Assembly (NCBI GenBank): GCA_973895155.1
Contig: OZ316893.1
Span: forward strand, 21,002,955-21,066,954
From: Marsupella aquatica
Taxonomy: Eukaryota; Plantae; Marchantiophyta
Reading direction: 5' to 3'
DNA length: 64,000 nt
Positions within the stretch are counted from its first letter, which is position 1. Each line of letters starts with the position of its first letter. The notes beneath the pieces are model-generated. The model was not told the DNA's origin, made no database searches, and saw only the letters and a list, made by a program, of their open reading frames with translations. This document shows, piece by piece, positions 26,046 through 39,453 of the stretch. The translations under genes and the position numbers were made by a program.

Positions 26046-27005
26046 AAAACCAGGTTTTGCACAAATCCCTATCCAAAGAAGCAGTTACCGACAGCACTTT
26101 GCATAAACGACTCTCGATAAATTAAGTTTTCTCACAACATATAGGAATGAGAAGAGCAGAGTGCACTTAGGAGTTCACTGTGCTGTAGGCATGTTTAGGT
26201 AACTTTGGGGTTGCATCAAACTTGTCTAAAGTCGTACTTGTGGACCCCAGAGACAAAGAAGCTACGTGACGAGCTGATGTATGGTACTAAGAAAGTACAG
26301 TGAGATCTAGAAAACAGTCCATTAAAACTTTGAGCCACAATAAAAATTATTCAATTTCACATAATGAAATGGTCGACACGCCAAGCTCAAGTGTAAGGTT
26401 CAGCACTTCAGCACTATAATTATGTCAGATGGAGGATACGAGAGAATGGATGAAACGTGCGAATAGAGATCGATATTTATTAGTGTACTCCATAATTGTC
26501 ACGGTATTTTCTTACTTATTATAAATACAGTACCATGGTACAGTACGAGGGGCTTCACAAGATTCTAGTCTGTTTTTTATTCTTTGTTTGAGATGGATCG
26601 TAACCATTCAAAGTGAAAATAAGTGAGAACTTTCACTTTCCGGCACAATGTGGAAAATTATTACTCTCCTAGTCGCTTGGGGACCCTTTTTCTGCTCATA
26701 ATTTTTTGTAGACCAACTGCTATTTGGCCCTCTTCAGTAATTCGGTCTTTGTTTCTTGAGGTGGTCTAAAGAATTGGTCCATTTAGATTTCAAGATACTG
26801 CTTTTATCTACTCCAGGACATTTTGGCTTGGTCAGAGTAGCACTTTAGTACCAGGAGTCCTTAGCAAATGGTGAACAATGACTATTTGTGCTCCAAGTTC
26901 TTGTAGAGGCCCCCTACATAAAGGCTCTGCTATTCTCAGGTTATCCTCTTCAAGTCATTAAAAGAGCTTTATTAGATTGACTACAATTTGTGCCTCAAGT
27001 TCTTG

Positions 27006-27548
27006 CCAGATTTAATCTGACGGGCAAGTTGATGCCTTGCCGGGCACAAAAAACTGTCAAATGATGGCCCGAAAAGAGACAATTTGACATATATTTGTAT
27101 TGATTCCCCAGCCATTCCCGAGTTTTCCCCCGGACTCCCTTGGATTCCCCCCCGAGCCTCCCGACCTGGCCCCGCTTTCCCGGCCAGATTCTCCCAGCCT
27201 GGCCCGGCTCTCCTCCCCCCACCCTCACAGCCCGGCTTGGCTCTGCCCTCCCGACCCTCTTCCCGACCCTCCCGGCCTGGCCCGGCTCTCCCCACCTGAA
27301 CCCCCCCCACGACCCTCCCGGACCGGTCTTCCCAGACCCGCCCCGCCCGAACCCCGGCCCGGCCCTGGCCAAACCCACCCGATCCCCTACCGATCCCCAC
27401 CTGGTCCCCTCCCGAACCCGGGCCAAACCTGTGACCCGGACCTAACTCTGAGTCCGGGAGACCGGGATGACAATAGCACGGGATCTAGACCCGCAAAATT
27501 CGACCCGCAAAATTCGACCCGCAAAATTCCGGGCAAGGCCAAACCGGG
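27006..27548. mobile_element. Non-autonomous GC-rich insertion (~543 bp) with 8-bp target-site duplication
   Basis: AGTTCTTG flanks both sides (26998-27005 and 27549-27556). An uninterrupted sister copy of the target sequence lies at ~26885-26977. The interior is C-rich and the terminal inverted similarity is weak. Confidence 0.6.
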
Positions 27549-29623
27549 AGTTCTTGTAATGCCCCCTAAAGTAATTATGGGCTGGGCTAATTTCAGGTTT
27601 TCCTCCTCCCTCTTCAAGTCATTGAAGGAGGTTTATTAGAAAGACGGGCAGATGGGCGATTGAGACCCCAAGACGGGATTAGGGCCGTAGGTGGATCTCG
27701 ATGCCATAGGCCCTGGTTTGAGATTCGGTCTTGTCCTTTACTCTCAGTAGACATAAAGAAAAAGTGTCGACACCTTTCCCATTGGTAGGACACGTGGCCC
27801 ACCAGTCACATTACTCCCATCGGGTGAATTTGAATCTTGTAATTCTGTTGAATGCTACTGTCAAATTTTTAAACTTACTGCTCAGATCTTTGCTAGACAC
27901 TTTAAATATGGTGCAGTAGGAGTAAATACTTGTGGTCCCCTTAACGCCATGCGTCCTAGCCAAGGGCATTGATTTTGGGCTATTTTTTAATGTATCCGAA
28001 CATTTGAACTCAAATAAAATCATTTTGCTTCTTTTACATCCTCCTGTAGAAATTTAAACCCACATGTATGCTTATATAACCATACATGGACGTGGATCAT
28101 GACATCCTTCACTCTCTGACTCTCACTTTCTCACAATCTTCTTTTTTACCAATCTTTTACGTTACGTTCAATTTCTCGCGTCATGTAAAAACTGAGTAGT
28201 CTGTTCTTGGGTTCCTCAGAAAGTGCTTCAAAAGATTTTCCAAAAGAGTCTCCTAGGGCCAAAGAATTGAGAGTGCTATGAATTTTTAAGATTAAGATGT
28301 CTCTCCTGTTTACTCTTCTTACTTCTGAAAGTTCTTGACTGGCAATTGACCTTCACTTTCCCCCTGGATATCCAGCAGAATGGGCTGGTCTTGGGTTCAT
28401 TAGAAAGAGCTTGGACATAGATGTCAACAAGTCTAATATAGTCAAGTTTCACCAACTAGAGTAATGAGAGAGTTACACATATCCAGATATGACTGTTTTG
28501 TTTTCTGTCACATTTCCTGTGCATCACCTGAGCATAAAAGAGACTTTTGCTGCAGTCCATCCTAGCATTTTGGGCAAAGTGGAGGTCCATCTCGGCTTCA
28601 ATATCTTGTATTGTAGTTAAATTTTGTTTTTAGTGGATTTCATGCAAACTTACAAATCCTATAGAGATCCTGTTCAAGCATGTATGCCTGACTTGAGACA
28701 ATTGTTGTTGTTTTTCCAAACGTAGAACCATTGAATTGAAAGTATCAGGTACAGCACTCCTATAAGGGTATTGTCATTAAGAATGGAGGGCAAGGAGCCC
28801 CACGTACTTTATGGGGAGTTTGCTGGACACTAGTTTTCCTCATGTTTGTTTTTTATCTGCAGAATAGCTAAGAGTGCTTTCTACGTATTGTGAACGCCTT
28901 TGGACAGGTTGATACTGTTCTTCGTGGAAGGCATTGTGGTACTCCCGAGGTGAAAGCACTTTGTTGAAGCTTTGCTTTTTGCTGACCTAACCCTTGATTC
29001 CTGCTACAGATAAAGTGTGCTCTTTGTTGATCGGTGGTCATCTTGGATCATTGCCAGATTCGAGAGCAAAGGGGGTGACCATGACCAGGGAATAATACAA
29101 AGTGGAAGATCCATGATCATAGAAAATTTGGCTGTAGAACTAGATCAAAGGCCACAACATGGTATAGAACTTGGCAACATATCTTATCAGAGAGAAGTGG
29201 GGATGGGCATCTCGTCCATCCCCGCTTAGTTTTTCAGAAATAGGCTATAGCTATGCATACAATGAGAATTGTAAGGTTTTCTCCCTATTTGGAAATCTGT
29301 CCAGGTACAATATGATGATCTTGCCGATGCTCACGATCATCGTATTTTATTCATGTTATGTGGAACATTTAGACTAGCGAACGTTATCTATTATTCTTCG
29401 ACAAGACTCCTTGTCTTTAGTTAGGATGGTGCATGGCTGCGCATAATGTTGCCCATGCCGTTGCTCTTCGCTGGTGCTTGTTGCTCGTCTGGCCTACAGC
29501 CACTTTGTTTTAGCTCAGCTTGATGAATAAACAATCGCATGAACTGTTCATGCCCAAGTTTTGGACGGGTCTCTGAGAGAAGGAGCAGGAGTTTTGCACC
29601 AGAACTGGCAAGAGGGCAGAAAA

Positions 29624-30650
29624 ATGACGCAGACAGACGAGGTGATGAGGGATTTACCTGAGAATTTGGTGGAAAAGATCGTGACCCTGATGCTTTTCCC
29701 GTTTGTGTGCAGAGCTCGGTTCCTGTCGAAATCATGGCTGACGAGGTTCTCGCCAATTTCTTTTCTGCATGATGAACGGAATAAGAGCCGTGCAATCTCG
29801 TTTCAGATGAAGATTGGGGAACGGCCCACCGATTGGAAGACCTTCTGCTCCGTGACTGTTAATTATCACAGGAAACAAGAGCTGGACCTGCACGGTTACG
29901 CGCGATCTGCCATCTTGCACGTGGCAAAGACTTCCATCGCTGTCTTTTCTCCCCAGAAACTTCTGGATCTCAACGAAATTACCCAAGACGTTGCCAGTGG
30001 ATCTTGAACGGGTTCTCCAATTATAAGGGACTCTGGTGTTGGTGACAGCTTTAAAAGGAGACTGTTTCAGCGGCGCCCATATCCAGCTATATGTGGCGTA
30101 CATTTTGACCCGCAGCCCGGAGCAGCTGCAAAATCCCCCAAATAGGATGCTGGGGTGTGGTCAATTCCAAATTGGTGAGCCATACAAGAGAGACTTACAA
30201 GGTGGTCATTCTTTCCTCCGGAGGTTGCACTTCGAATGTACAGATTTACGATTCTGATTCAGCTACGTGGAATGCGTTCGAGCTATCCGAGAAGCTATGA
30301 CGTTTATTTGAACCGCGAAGAGGTCCGGCTGCATATTTGAATGGATTGCTATGCACAGTGGGCAAGTCCTCTCGAATGGTGATCAACATCGTAGTAAGCA
30401 ACATTACAAAGGGTACTTTGGAGTAAAACGAGAGACATCGCAGGAACCAGAGCCACATACGGACCGCAGTAGAAGGTAGTGTCGGAGGTGCTATGAGGTT
30501 CTCCTACAAACCTTGAAGTAGGCGGCAAGACGTGCTTTAAGTCTATAAATTACGATGATTGTGTGTGGAAAATGACGGGGTGTGTACTGCTGGCATTTAA
30601 TATTCACGATGATGCATGGAAGTGTTTCCCTGTCAATAATAGAATATAAG
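29624..30650 (+). pseudogene. F-box protein pseudogene
   Basis: F-box motif DLPENLVEKIVTLMLFPFVCRARFLSKSW follows the ATG at 29624. Downstream coding-like segments (YKVVIL, AQIYDSDSATW-like, GPAAYLNGLL) lie in different frames with stops. The 3' end is approximate. Confidence 0.75.
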
Positions 30651-31644
30651 TCAATAAAAGACATGAGCAACACAAAGTAGAAAGTGTGCACCATGTAAGG
30701 AGGGTAAGAATGAGACTCCCACCAGGAGAAAGACAATTGAGACAAACATGGAGCGTTTCATCTAGAGAGAAAGTGGAATTTACTCTCGATTCATCAGTCA
30801 CTAGTTAATGCGACCTTCTAACTTCGGAATGGCACGAGTGGAGTCCCTATTCAAAGTTGCAATACTTTGTAAACGAACACAGACAATAGAGAAAAATTAC
30901 AGAGAATGAAAGAAGCAATTACGGAGAATCTGATGTGAACTTAAAGAATCAAGATTGAAAAATTCTTGACCCATAAACTATGAATTATGGACTCTATTTA
31001 TTCAAAAACATCTCGAGACTGACAATGGTTGTTTTTTTTATGAAAAGAATGAAACAAAGCGGAGCTCGTATCAATTGATCTTGAGAACTACACAATTGTG
31101 TGTTCGTGTCATAAAATGAATGAATGCGCAAAAGCATGGAAAATCCCGAGATATATCTCCAACAAATACAAGGCTAGACAGGATTGGCTCTGAGAACTCG
31201 AAAATAAACTGGTAACGAGCTGCGTTCTAAACGAGCTGCGTTCTAAATTCAAAATAATGAATTTTAAGGGTGCGGGATTCTGAGGCTGCACCACATAGCA
31301 GTGAAACTCATTTACTCAGGCGACGACTTATTTGTAAGTAATGTCAAAAAGGACTTAGAGTCTAAGATGCTCAAAGTTCCAGTCACATTCGAGCAACGAA
31401 ACAACATAGCTCAGCTGTCAAAAAAACTCGGTTTTATTGAAAATGGTTTGCGAGTTTGCTCCCACATGTATGGGCACGAGGCAACATTACATTTATTGAA
31501 TCTGACCTGATCTATCTGACCTAAGCTTTATTGACACGATTCCTCTACTACAAGAGTTTACCAGCTCGAATGACCAACAATTTTTGAATGATCGGCAGCA
31601 TCAACGAAATCCACAGAGTCACTGATTTCCGTAGTATTGTCCCG

Positions 31645-32565
31645 TTATCTCAGCTGATCACATTTGAAGGCCCCAGTTGCCTACCTTCCAGGCCTTCAAT
31701 GTTACAAATTTTCCGTATTTCATAGAGCGCATTCCTTCTTGGTGTTGGATCCAGTGATCTTGTCGATTGAATTATATACAGACCAGTTTGCGGCTATTGC
31801 ATACCGTGGAATTGAAGAAGGAAGAAAACCTCCTGCTCAGTCTCACTGTGAAACATAGTTGCCATTATTTAAGTTAGAGCTGAGACGGGAGTTTATTTGG
31901 TCCTCTTCGATCTTCCGCTTCGATCCGTCCATGCCCAGACTCACCTTCCCGTTGACCGTCGCCATGTCAACGTAGGAGCTCACTTTCGCATATTGGAAGC
32001 TTGCCTTCCGTGCCGTCATCGAGCTGTAGCCAACGTAGCACCGGTCCGTTAGAGTACTCAATAGCTAGGTCCTCGGGGAATGTAATGGAACCTCTTCAAT
32101 TCTCTGCTGGCCGGTTAGAGCCACGGTTGGATCTCCTGCACCGATGACAACCGGTGCAGGGTCTTGCATTGGAAGGGAAATCGCATCGACTTGAGCATCT
32201 GTCTTCGGTAGCTGTGTCACTGCAGCTGTTGTCGTTGATGCATTAGGCTGAAAGGAGAAAAGAGGATTCATCCTTTTAGCTTGATGCTCGTCAGTTCCTT
32301 CGTGGGGCACATGTGCTGGTACACTCTGCTCGTCTGTCGTTGTAAATTCGACTGCCCCAGATTTCATCAAGTTTGATTTCCAAGACTGGCGGAGCTTTGT
32401 CAAATCGGTTTCATCCAGATTCTCCAGCCGAAAGTCATCACAGAGAGTTTTCCAAACATCGTGGATTACTTCGTCGATGATACCACAGTACACCTCAGCA
32501 ACGTTGGGCCCCTTCTCTGGGTCAATTTCTACACGGCGGAGTCTCTTCCTTTGAGGTGGAGCCAT
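31645..32565 (-). pseudogene. TFIIA large subunit (alpha/beta)-like pseudogene, intronless
   Basis: N-terminal VAEVYCGIIDEVIHDV...LRQSWKSNLMKSGAV matches the TFIIA-alpha helices. There is an in-frame TAG at 32065. C-terminal remnants KLVCI*F..DKITGSNTKKECAL...ATGAFKC resemble TFIIA-beta (QFDKVTRTKSRWKC...A.GEF) across frameshifts. Confidence 0.75.
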
Positions 32566-32706
32566 CGTTTCCTGGATGCGCTTCTTCTTCGAATCACAAG
32601 AATGAATATAGCAAAGTTATGGTTCTTCCTCACATGTAATGACTGCAAGCAAAGTTATGGAGGAGACTTGCTAAGCAGAGATGCCTGACAGAGAGTGAAA
32701 GAGCTC

Positions 32707-32714
32707 CTTATATA
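32707..32714 (-). promoter_or_regulatory. Candidate TATA box upstream of the TFIIA-like ORF
   Basis: TATATAAG on the minus strand, ~140 bp upstream of the ATG at 32565. Confidence 0.4.
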
Positions 32715-32718
32715 GTTT

Positions 32719-33047
32719 GTTTCTGGAAGTTTGGACGAGTATTTACCAGAGTGTGGTGTGTTGAAATCACTACTGACTGATGACGAATAGTCAACGACTG
32801 CCTGATGACTAGTTGTCAAGTAGTGTTTATATTGAAACTAGCCCGATCGACTGTTTTTGGAAGTTTGGAAGAGGATTTACCAGAGTGTGGTGTATTGAAA
32901 CCACTACTGACTGATGACTAATAGTCAATGACTGCCTGATGACTAATTGTCAAGTAGTGTTTATATTGAAACTAGCCGATCGACTGACGGATGACTAATA
33001 GTCAACAATGACTGACTAATTACTCATTGTCAAGTAGTGTTTATATT
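32719..33047. repeat. 134-bp tandem repeat (2 copies plus a partial)
   Basis: GGAAGTTTGGA.GAG.ATTTACCAGAGTGTGGTGT.TTGAAA.CACTACTGACTGATGAC...GATCGACTG starts at 32719 and 32853. Confidence 0.9.
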
Positions 33048-34503
33048 AGGGACTCTCAAAGCTTGGAAATTAAGGATGATGGGAATCGGCCATATACAAA
33101 AGACAGTGTATGACTTGGCATTTGGCCATAATTATACAAGAGTGCATGACTTGACATTTGGTCATAATTATACAAAAGGACGTAACTTTTTCACAAGATG
33201 GTATAAAAATTATTTTTGTTTTTTCTTTCACTGACCAGCCTCTACATTGACTAATCATCATGGCAAAAAGTTATGGACTATGAATTATGCAGTCCATAAG
33301 TTTTTGTGTCCATAACCCATATTAACTAGAGGGTTAAGGTCCATCAAATTATCAGCAAAGAGGATTGTGAGGATGATTCATTGTAGAGTTGCTCTCTAAA
33401 GTTTTGGTGAGGTTTCTTGGATGGAGAGCTCTTGAATCTGATGTGGAATTAGGAATGGGAGAATAGAAGATGATGGGAGTGTAGAGAAGAGCCATTGCTC
33501 CTTAAGTTTCTTCTAGTTAACTGAAATTTGAGGGTTCTAGTGGAGAGTTTTGTGGATGAGTACGTCACTTTCTTGGTGAGAAATGGAAAGAAGTCAAGTC
33601 AATGTGGAGAGATTGGGCTTTCAACAGTTTTTGTGAAGGTTTTCTTGACGTGAGAAATTGAAAAGTGTAGAGAAGTTTTCTTAGGCTGAAAATTAGATAG
33701 GGAGCTCCATGTAGGCAAGGGCTCCAAGGTTAGACCCGAGAACGTGGATTTAGAGATAAAAGGTTGGAGGGTCGAATCTCAATGAGGAAGGTCAAAACCT
33801 TATGAAGGGTGGTCTTGTGTTGAAAAGTTGATAAAAAGGTAGCCTAGAGCAAGGGATACACAACAAAATGTGGCGGTAATGATTCTGACATTCTAGGAGA
33901 AAGTAATGCCAATTTCCATTTTGGACACTAAAGTGGATGAAGGAGTTTTCGGGTTGGAGTTTTGGAAGAAAGAAAGTGAATAAGAAGGTGGTGTGGGGCA
34001 AGGGCTACACAAGGATACCTGGATGTCTCAATTCTAGAATTGGGAAAAGTGTTTTTGAGAAGAAATTATAAGTTTACATAATTTTGATTATGATTTTGAG
34101 TTATCAATTGATTGAGCTATGCAACATTTTTGTTTTGTACGTGTATCTGTACTTGTGTTCTTGTGTTATCTTGGCCCTACATTCAATCAATGATCTGATG
34201 ATTGTCAACTATACCATCCAAGCTGATTTAGTCTCATGACTTGTGTCACTTGTGACTCCACAAAATCTATTTGTGAGTGGAAACTTATCATTGTGAGTTG
34301 TTCAAAACATTTGTTAAGTGTCTATTGCTCATATCATTCATGTACTCATTAATTGCAACTAATGTCTAAACTAATATCATCACTTGTGTATGACTACTCT
34401 TTTCAATATGAATGAGTATGGAAGTAATTAATTATAACCACTGTAATTACTAGTCTTTAAGTAAAACTAAGAGGTTCATTACTTATGGTGAATCCACCTT
34501 TCA

Positions 34504-34573
34504 GATTTTGTCTTATACATATTTTCACTCATATATTTGATTTTGTCTTATACATATTTTCACTCATATATTT
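34504..34573. repeat. 35-bp exact tandem duplication
   Basis: GATTTTGTCTTATACATATTTTCACTCATATATTT x2. Confidence 0.9.
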
Positions 34574-35212
34574 TTATTTCAATGTGCATTTTCTAGGTGT
34601 ATCATTCTGGTCCACCTATCTGACCAGAATAGAGATTGAAGAAGTTTTACTTTTCTCATGAGATAGAGAAATGAATCTGAGGAGTGTGGAGAACTAGGGT
34701 CTTAAGTTCTCCCCATGATGCCCAGAGAGGCATGACTTTTTGTAACTAATTTGAGTAGAGACTCATAGCTCTTGGGTTCAACTATTGTGGCCTACTCTTC
34801 ACTTCTGTGGGGCTTCACAGATTTCCCTTTAAAAAATTAAAGTTCTCCCCATGATTGGTTTTCATAAACTTATGGTTTTGATTGAATTGATTGTCATTAC
34901 CTCAGGCAAGTGAGTATGTGTACCTTATTTGCATAATTGTTCAACACCTTTATTCCATAAGACTTTTTTTCCTGATCATTATGTGTATTTCTTTGCTTGT
35001 GCCCTACTGCTATGCTTGTATCCCACTCATTGTTAAAAGATACCCTTTTCTTTGCATATACTATACTTCTACTATAATTGTATTTTATTACAAAAAATTA
35101 GATCTCTTATACATATCACTACAGGACAAACAACAAAGCATGTTCCAGGATAGGATGAACATGCTATATGGCTCTAGCTTAGAGTCAATCTCTACTACTT
35201 AATTATGTCTGA

Positions 35213-36800
35213 CTAGCCCAATACCCATGCCTTACCCAAAAGACGTTGTGTCAGCCAAGAGGTTGTTGAGAAAAAAACATTGTGTCGGCCAAAATGTTGA
35301 GAAAAAGATGCCATGTTGGCCAAAAAGTCATTGAGAAAAAAGATGTCGTGCTGGCCAAGATGTTGAGAAGATAGAGAAAAGATGCACTGTTGCCCAAATA
35401 TTGTAGAAAAAAAGATGTCGTGTCGCCGGTCGTGTCACTCAAGATGTCGTGTCTCTCAATTAGATGTCGTGGCACCCAAGATGTTAAGAGAAAAGATGTT
35501 GTGTTGCCCAAGATGTCGTTATGTGAAAAATGTCGTGAAGAAAAAAGAAAATGTTTTGCCAATGAAAGATGTTGTGTCGCCCAACTGAGATGTCGTCAAG
35601 TAAACATTTGTTGTTAATTAAGCCATGTGTTTCCTACTTGGTTTTGGCCCCCCAAAGTCGAGACCCCTCGGGGCAACAACATGATTTGGCCAATTTTCAA
35701 TGACACTTTTTGCCACCCCTAATCCTGGTCCTGGAACCTCATTAGGAACCCAAAATTTTGGATACTTTAACCTTTTTAACTTAGATTGTTGTGGCCACTT
35801 ACTTGGCTTTGGATGCAGCTCCAATGCCAAGATCCCTTTGGGCAACGGCACAGCTTGGCTGACATTTCAACGACCCTTTTTTGCTACCTGTATATCCTTA
35901 AACCCCATTGGTAACCCCAGTTTTGGTTACTTTAAGCTTACTTTGCTTAAAGCTGCTGCAGCCGCTTACTTGGTTTTGGAGCAACAACAGGCCCTTGCTG
36001 ACTTTTCAATGACCCTTTTTTGCTACCCCCTTGCATCCTGAAACTCCAAGATAGGTAACCACAGTTTTGGTTACTTTAAGCTTAGTTTGCTTAAAGTTGC
36101 CCCTGGTCGCTTACTTGGCTTTGGCCACCCCAATGCCGAGACCCCTTGGGGCTTTGGCACCGCTCAGTCCACTTTTCAAAAGACCTTGCATGGAACCCCT
36201 TTGGTAGCCTCATCCCAGTTTACTCAGCCCTGTAGCTGAAACTGACAGGTTGTCGCTCATCAGCCCGACTGGCTGGTTGGTCAACAATTGGGCCTCGTGT
36301 TTGGGGAAATTGGCAGGGCCGTGCATGTCGGCACTCACTCCTCCCTCATACATCCTTGATGGCCACTCCCTCCCCACCGACGTTGCTCTCTACTCACTCC
36401 CTTGCCGCAACGCTCCCCCGTTGCAGCTCACTCCGGGGTCACTCTTCGCTCCTCCCTCCTTCCTTGCAGTCGGGCCTGGATCCTCTCTCGCTCCTTGCAG
36501 TTGGGCCTCGCTCACCCGGTCCTGGCTGGCAAGTCGCTCCTCCCTCCCTCCTCACAGTTGGGCCTGGCTCACTCAGGCCTGGCTCCTATTCAATCGTGGG
36601 CCTTTGCAACATCAGGCTTGGGTTAACGGTCAAAATAGAAATGACTGGGTCTCCCCTGAATCACAACATTGTCCCACCCACACAACCCTCAAAATAGAAA
36701 TGACTGTGACTCCCCCAAATCACAACATTGGTGATTTCTTTTCTGTATTTTGTGAAGCAGGTGAACACTCATAAATCACAAATGCTTCAATGGTCTAATA
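35213..36800 (-). mobile_element. Degraded non-autonomous Helitron-like element (right boundary uncertain)
   Basis: Minus-strand end ...GGCATGGGTATTGGGCTAG|T at 35213, followed on + by AAAGATGTCGTG microrepeats, three ~150-bp repeats (35690-36200) and a C-rich block. This resembles the architecture of the element at 52498. Confidence 0.4.
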
Positions 36801-39453
36801 TGAGGGAAAATAAGTGAGACCAACATAATATTCAATCATAGATATTGCTAAAATTATGGAAAGATTTAGAATTTTCCTGACATCTAACAACAACCATAAG
36901 ATATTCAAATATCTCACCAATCCAACTTTGGGTAAAGACAGATTTTGGCAAGATTTTAATATTTTTTTTCCTTGCTTGTATTTGCATAAATTTGCTTGAA
37001 ACTGGTGAAGGGAAGATTTTAGCAGTATGTAGTCAATCACAGACTTAGTGCCAATAATAGCTACTCCCTAGTGCACCCCTGTTTTGTGCAATAAGAAAAA
37101 AGTAATAAAATTTTATACGTGACTAATAAAATATTTTAGAGTGCTAATTTAACCTTATAATAATTTTGTGATGCAATTTCAAGAATGTTATGGGCATTTT
37201 GATGCAAACACTGAGTACGCAATGTATACATATTTGTAAAATAAGAGATAAAAAACTAGGAGAACGCATTAGCTTTCTTTACAATCATTTTTGCAAATTA
37301 TCATAATTAAAAGGTGCACAAACCAATTTATTGGTTGCCTGCTTTTGTTGCAGCTTCTGCCTCCCTTTTGAGGGCATAAGATGAATGAATTAGTTCAGTT
37401 TTTGAACGTGCAAAATGTTAAGAAAGGAATTTTACATTGCGGGGATTTAATATTCTCATTCGTTGTTGTTTTTGTTACAAGTTATTTACAATCTTTGGTA
37501 TATTTACTTTTGCTGGCATCGCTACAAACACCAAAATGGCATGTTTGTGGAAAAAAAATTGCTGATGTGGCGGGACCAGGAGCGAGGGATTTTGAGAGAG
37601 ACTTGCACTGGGTCCTTAATTAGCTATTTCTTATTCTTATTACTATTTTGTCCATCAAAAATAAAAAAAACTGGGTACTTATGAGGATAATGAACTGAAG
37701 CCCTCATCGGCCTAAATATTTGAAAGAATGCCCCCATAGACTAGTGCAACCTAGATGGGTAACATGAAAATTTTTCTTGTAGTCAGATAAAACTTTCCAT
37801 CTGTTAAGAAAATCACTCTTTTGGGGTCGACAATGGTGCACCCAGTTTGCAAGGTTTACGAGAGTGGTCCATCACTAAAGTGTCCGCCAAACTCTAATTA
37901 TTTACTAAGGTGTCCCCAACCAAATTTATTTACTAACCTGAACCCCACTTAGTATATGGCTACTTGAAAGCTGCAATTTGGGAATGGCAATTGTGTAATT
38001 ACAGTGCGGTTGGGGGGTAAGGTAGTAAAGCACGGATTGTTTTCCAATTGTCAGAAGTCTCTCCGCGTGCGAGGAAGTGCACCGAAAATAGGGCTGGCAA
38101 GGGGCAATCTCCGCTTTCCATCGAGGATCTGGAGCCCTTGTCTGAGCAATACAGTACTCATGCTCATCGCGGAGCAATGAGACACTCGTCTGTGGAGTAA
38201 TTACGTAGCAAGAGAGGTTTGTATGATTGTACACGACTGTATGGAGTGTGCGGCTGGGTCGTATTATTCATCCAATCCAATCGGGATCCACTGCGTCGTC
38301 GTCGTCGTCGTCGTCCTTGATCGTGCTAACGAATCGAGTAGAACAGAGTGAATGATTGTGCTCTGCCAGATTGTCACCGATAGCGTACCATCAGGTCCGA
38401 CTCACCAGAGTCATGACTCGTGCATGACCAGTGATCACATATAGAGTTTATGAGTCGACTTTTGCCTGCCTGCCGGTTGCATAGGAGACTGACCTCATCA
38501 AGGTTTGCCCGATCTTAAGGTTTAGCTTTTTGTGTTACAGCCGAAAGCATGATAGACTTGATCATCGGCCGTCAGTGAGCCAATTGGGCCAGTGGTTGGG
38601 TTGGTTCACTTTCAACCCTCTTCCCAACTCGAAGATCTTCAAAAGCGGACTTCTCGCTAGGCGGCCAGGCTGTTGCCATGCCACACATAGAAGGAGAGAG
38701 TTTATTCTCAGCCAGGCCTCTCTTAGATGGGTTCCAAAATATGGGAACATCTACGTGCCAGCTTTGCGACCTTGAAGAAGCTCGACGGGTGAAAGAAAGA
38801 TTTTGACTGGGAGTCCAGCCAATCCCAGTGCGCATCTTGAGTAGTAGTATTGGTTAGCAGAGTTAAATCTCCGGAAGGAAGGAAGGGAGGAAGAGGAAGA
38901 GCTGATTTGAGGAGCGAGTTGGTAGCAGTCGATCATATTCTACTCGGGAAATTTGGGGAAAATGGAAAGGGACATGCAGCTTGAGTGATCGGAGTGAGCG
39001 AGTGCAACATTTTTCTTTCGATGAGGTTTCCGGCTCGTTGCCGTGAGGATCTATCGATGCTGCGGGTGTAAATGCGTTTGGAGAATTTGGGCAGAAGGAA
39101 ATGCTGCCTCTTGTCCGTTGAGAGTGAGTATCCGTCGTCCTTAACAGAGCATTCTGAGGGCCGTATCTGGAAGATTGAATCGGCAGCAGGAGGATGAAGA
39201 GAGTTATGACATGGTCGGGAACATCTTCCGTCTGAAGACTTTTACTGACTAGGAAGTATTGTAGTTTGTATGTATCAATCTTGTCTTTGGCCAGCAAATC
39301 GGGAAGGATGATGGTGGAGGGATTCCCGGCAGGCGGTGAGGATTGAGGTAGAAGAAGGGACTGCATTGGCTCGATTGGCGAAAGTATGGAATTGCCCTAA
39401 CGCTATTTGTATCTCTATCTGTTTGCACTACTGTATTGCAAAAGAGTCCAGAG

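Noticed and set aside
26981-27639. Pro-rich or Gly-rich ORFs resembling extensin or collagen
   Set aside because: They arise from the C-rich, stop-poor transposon insert and are open in many frames.
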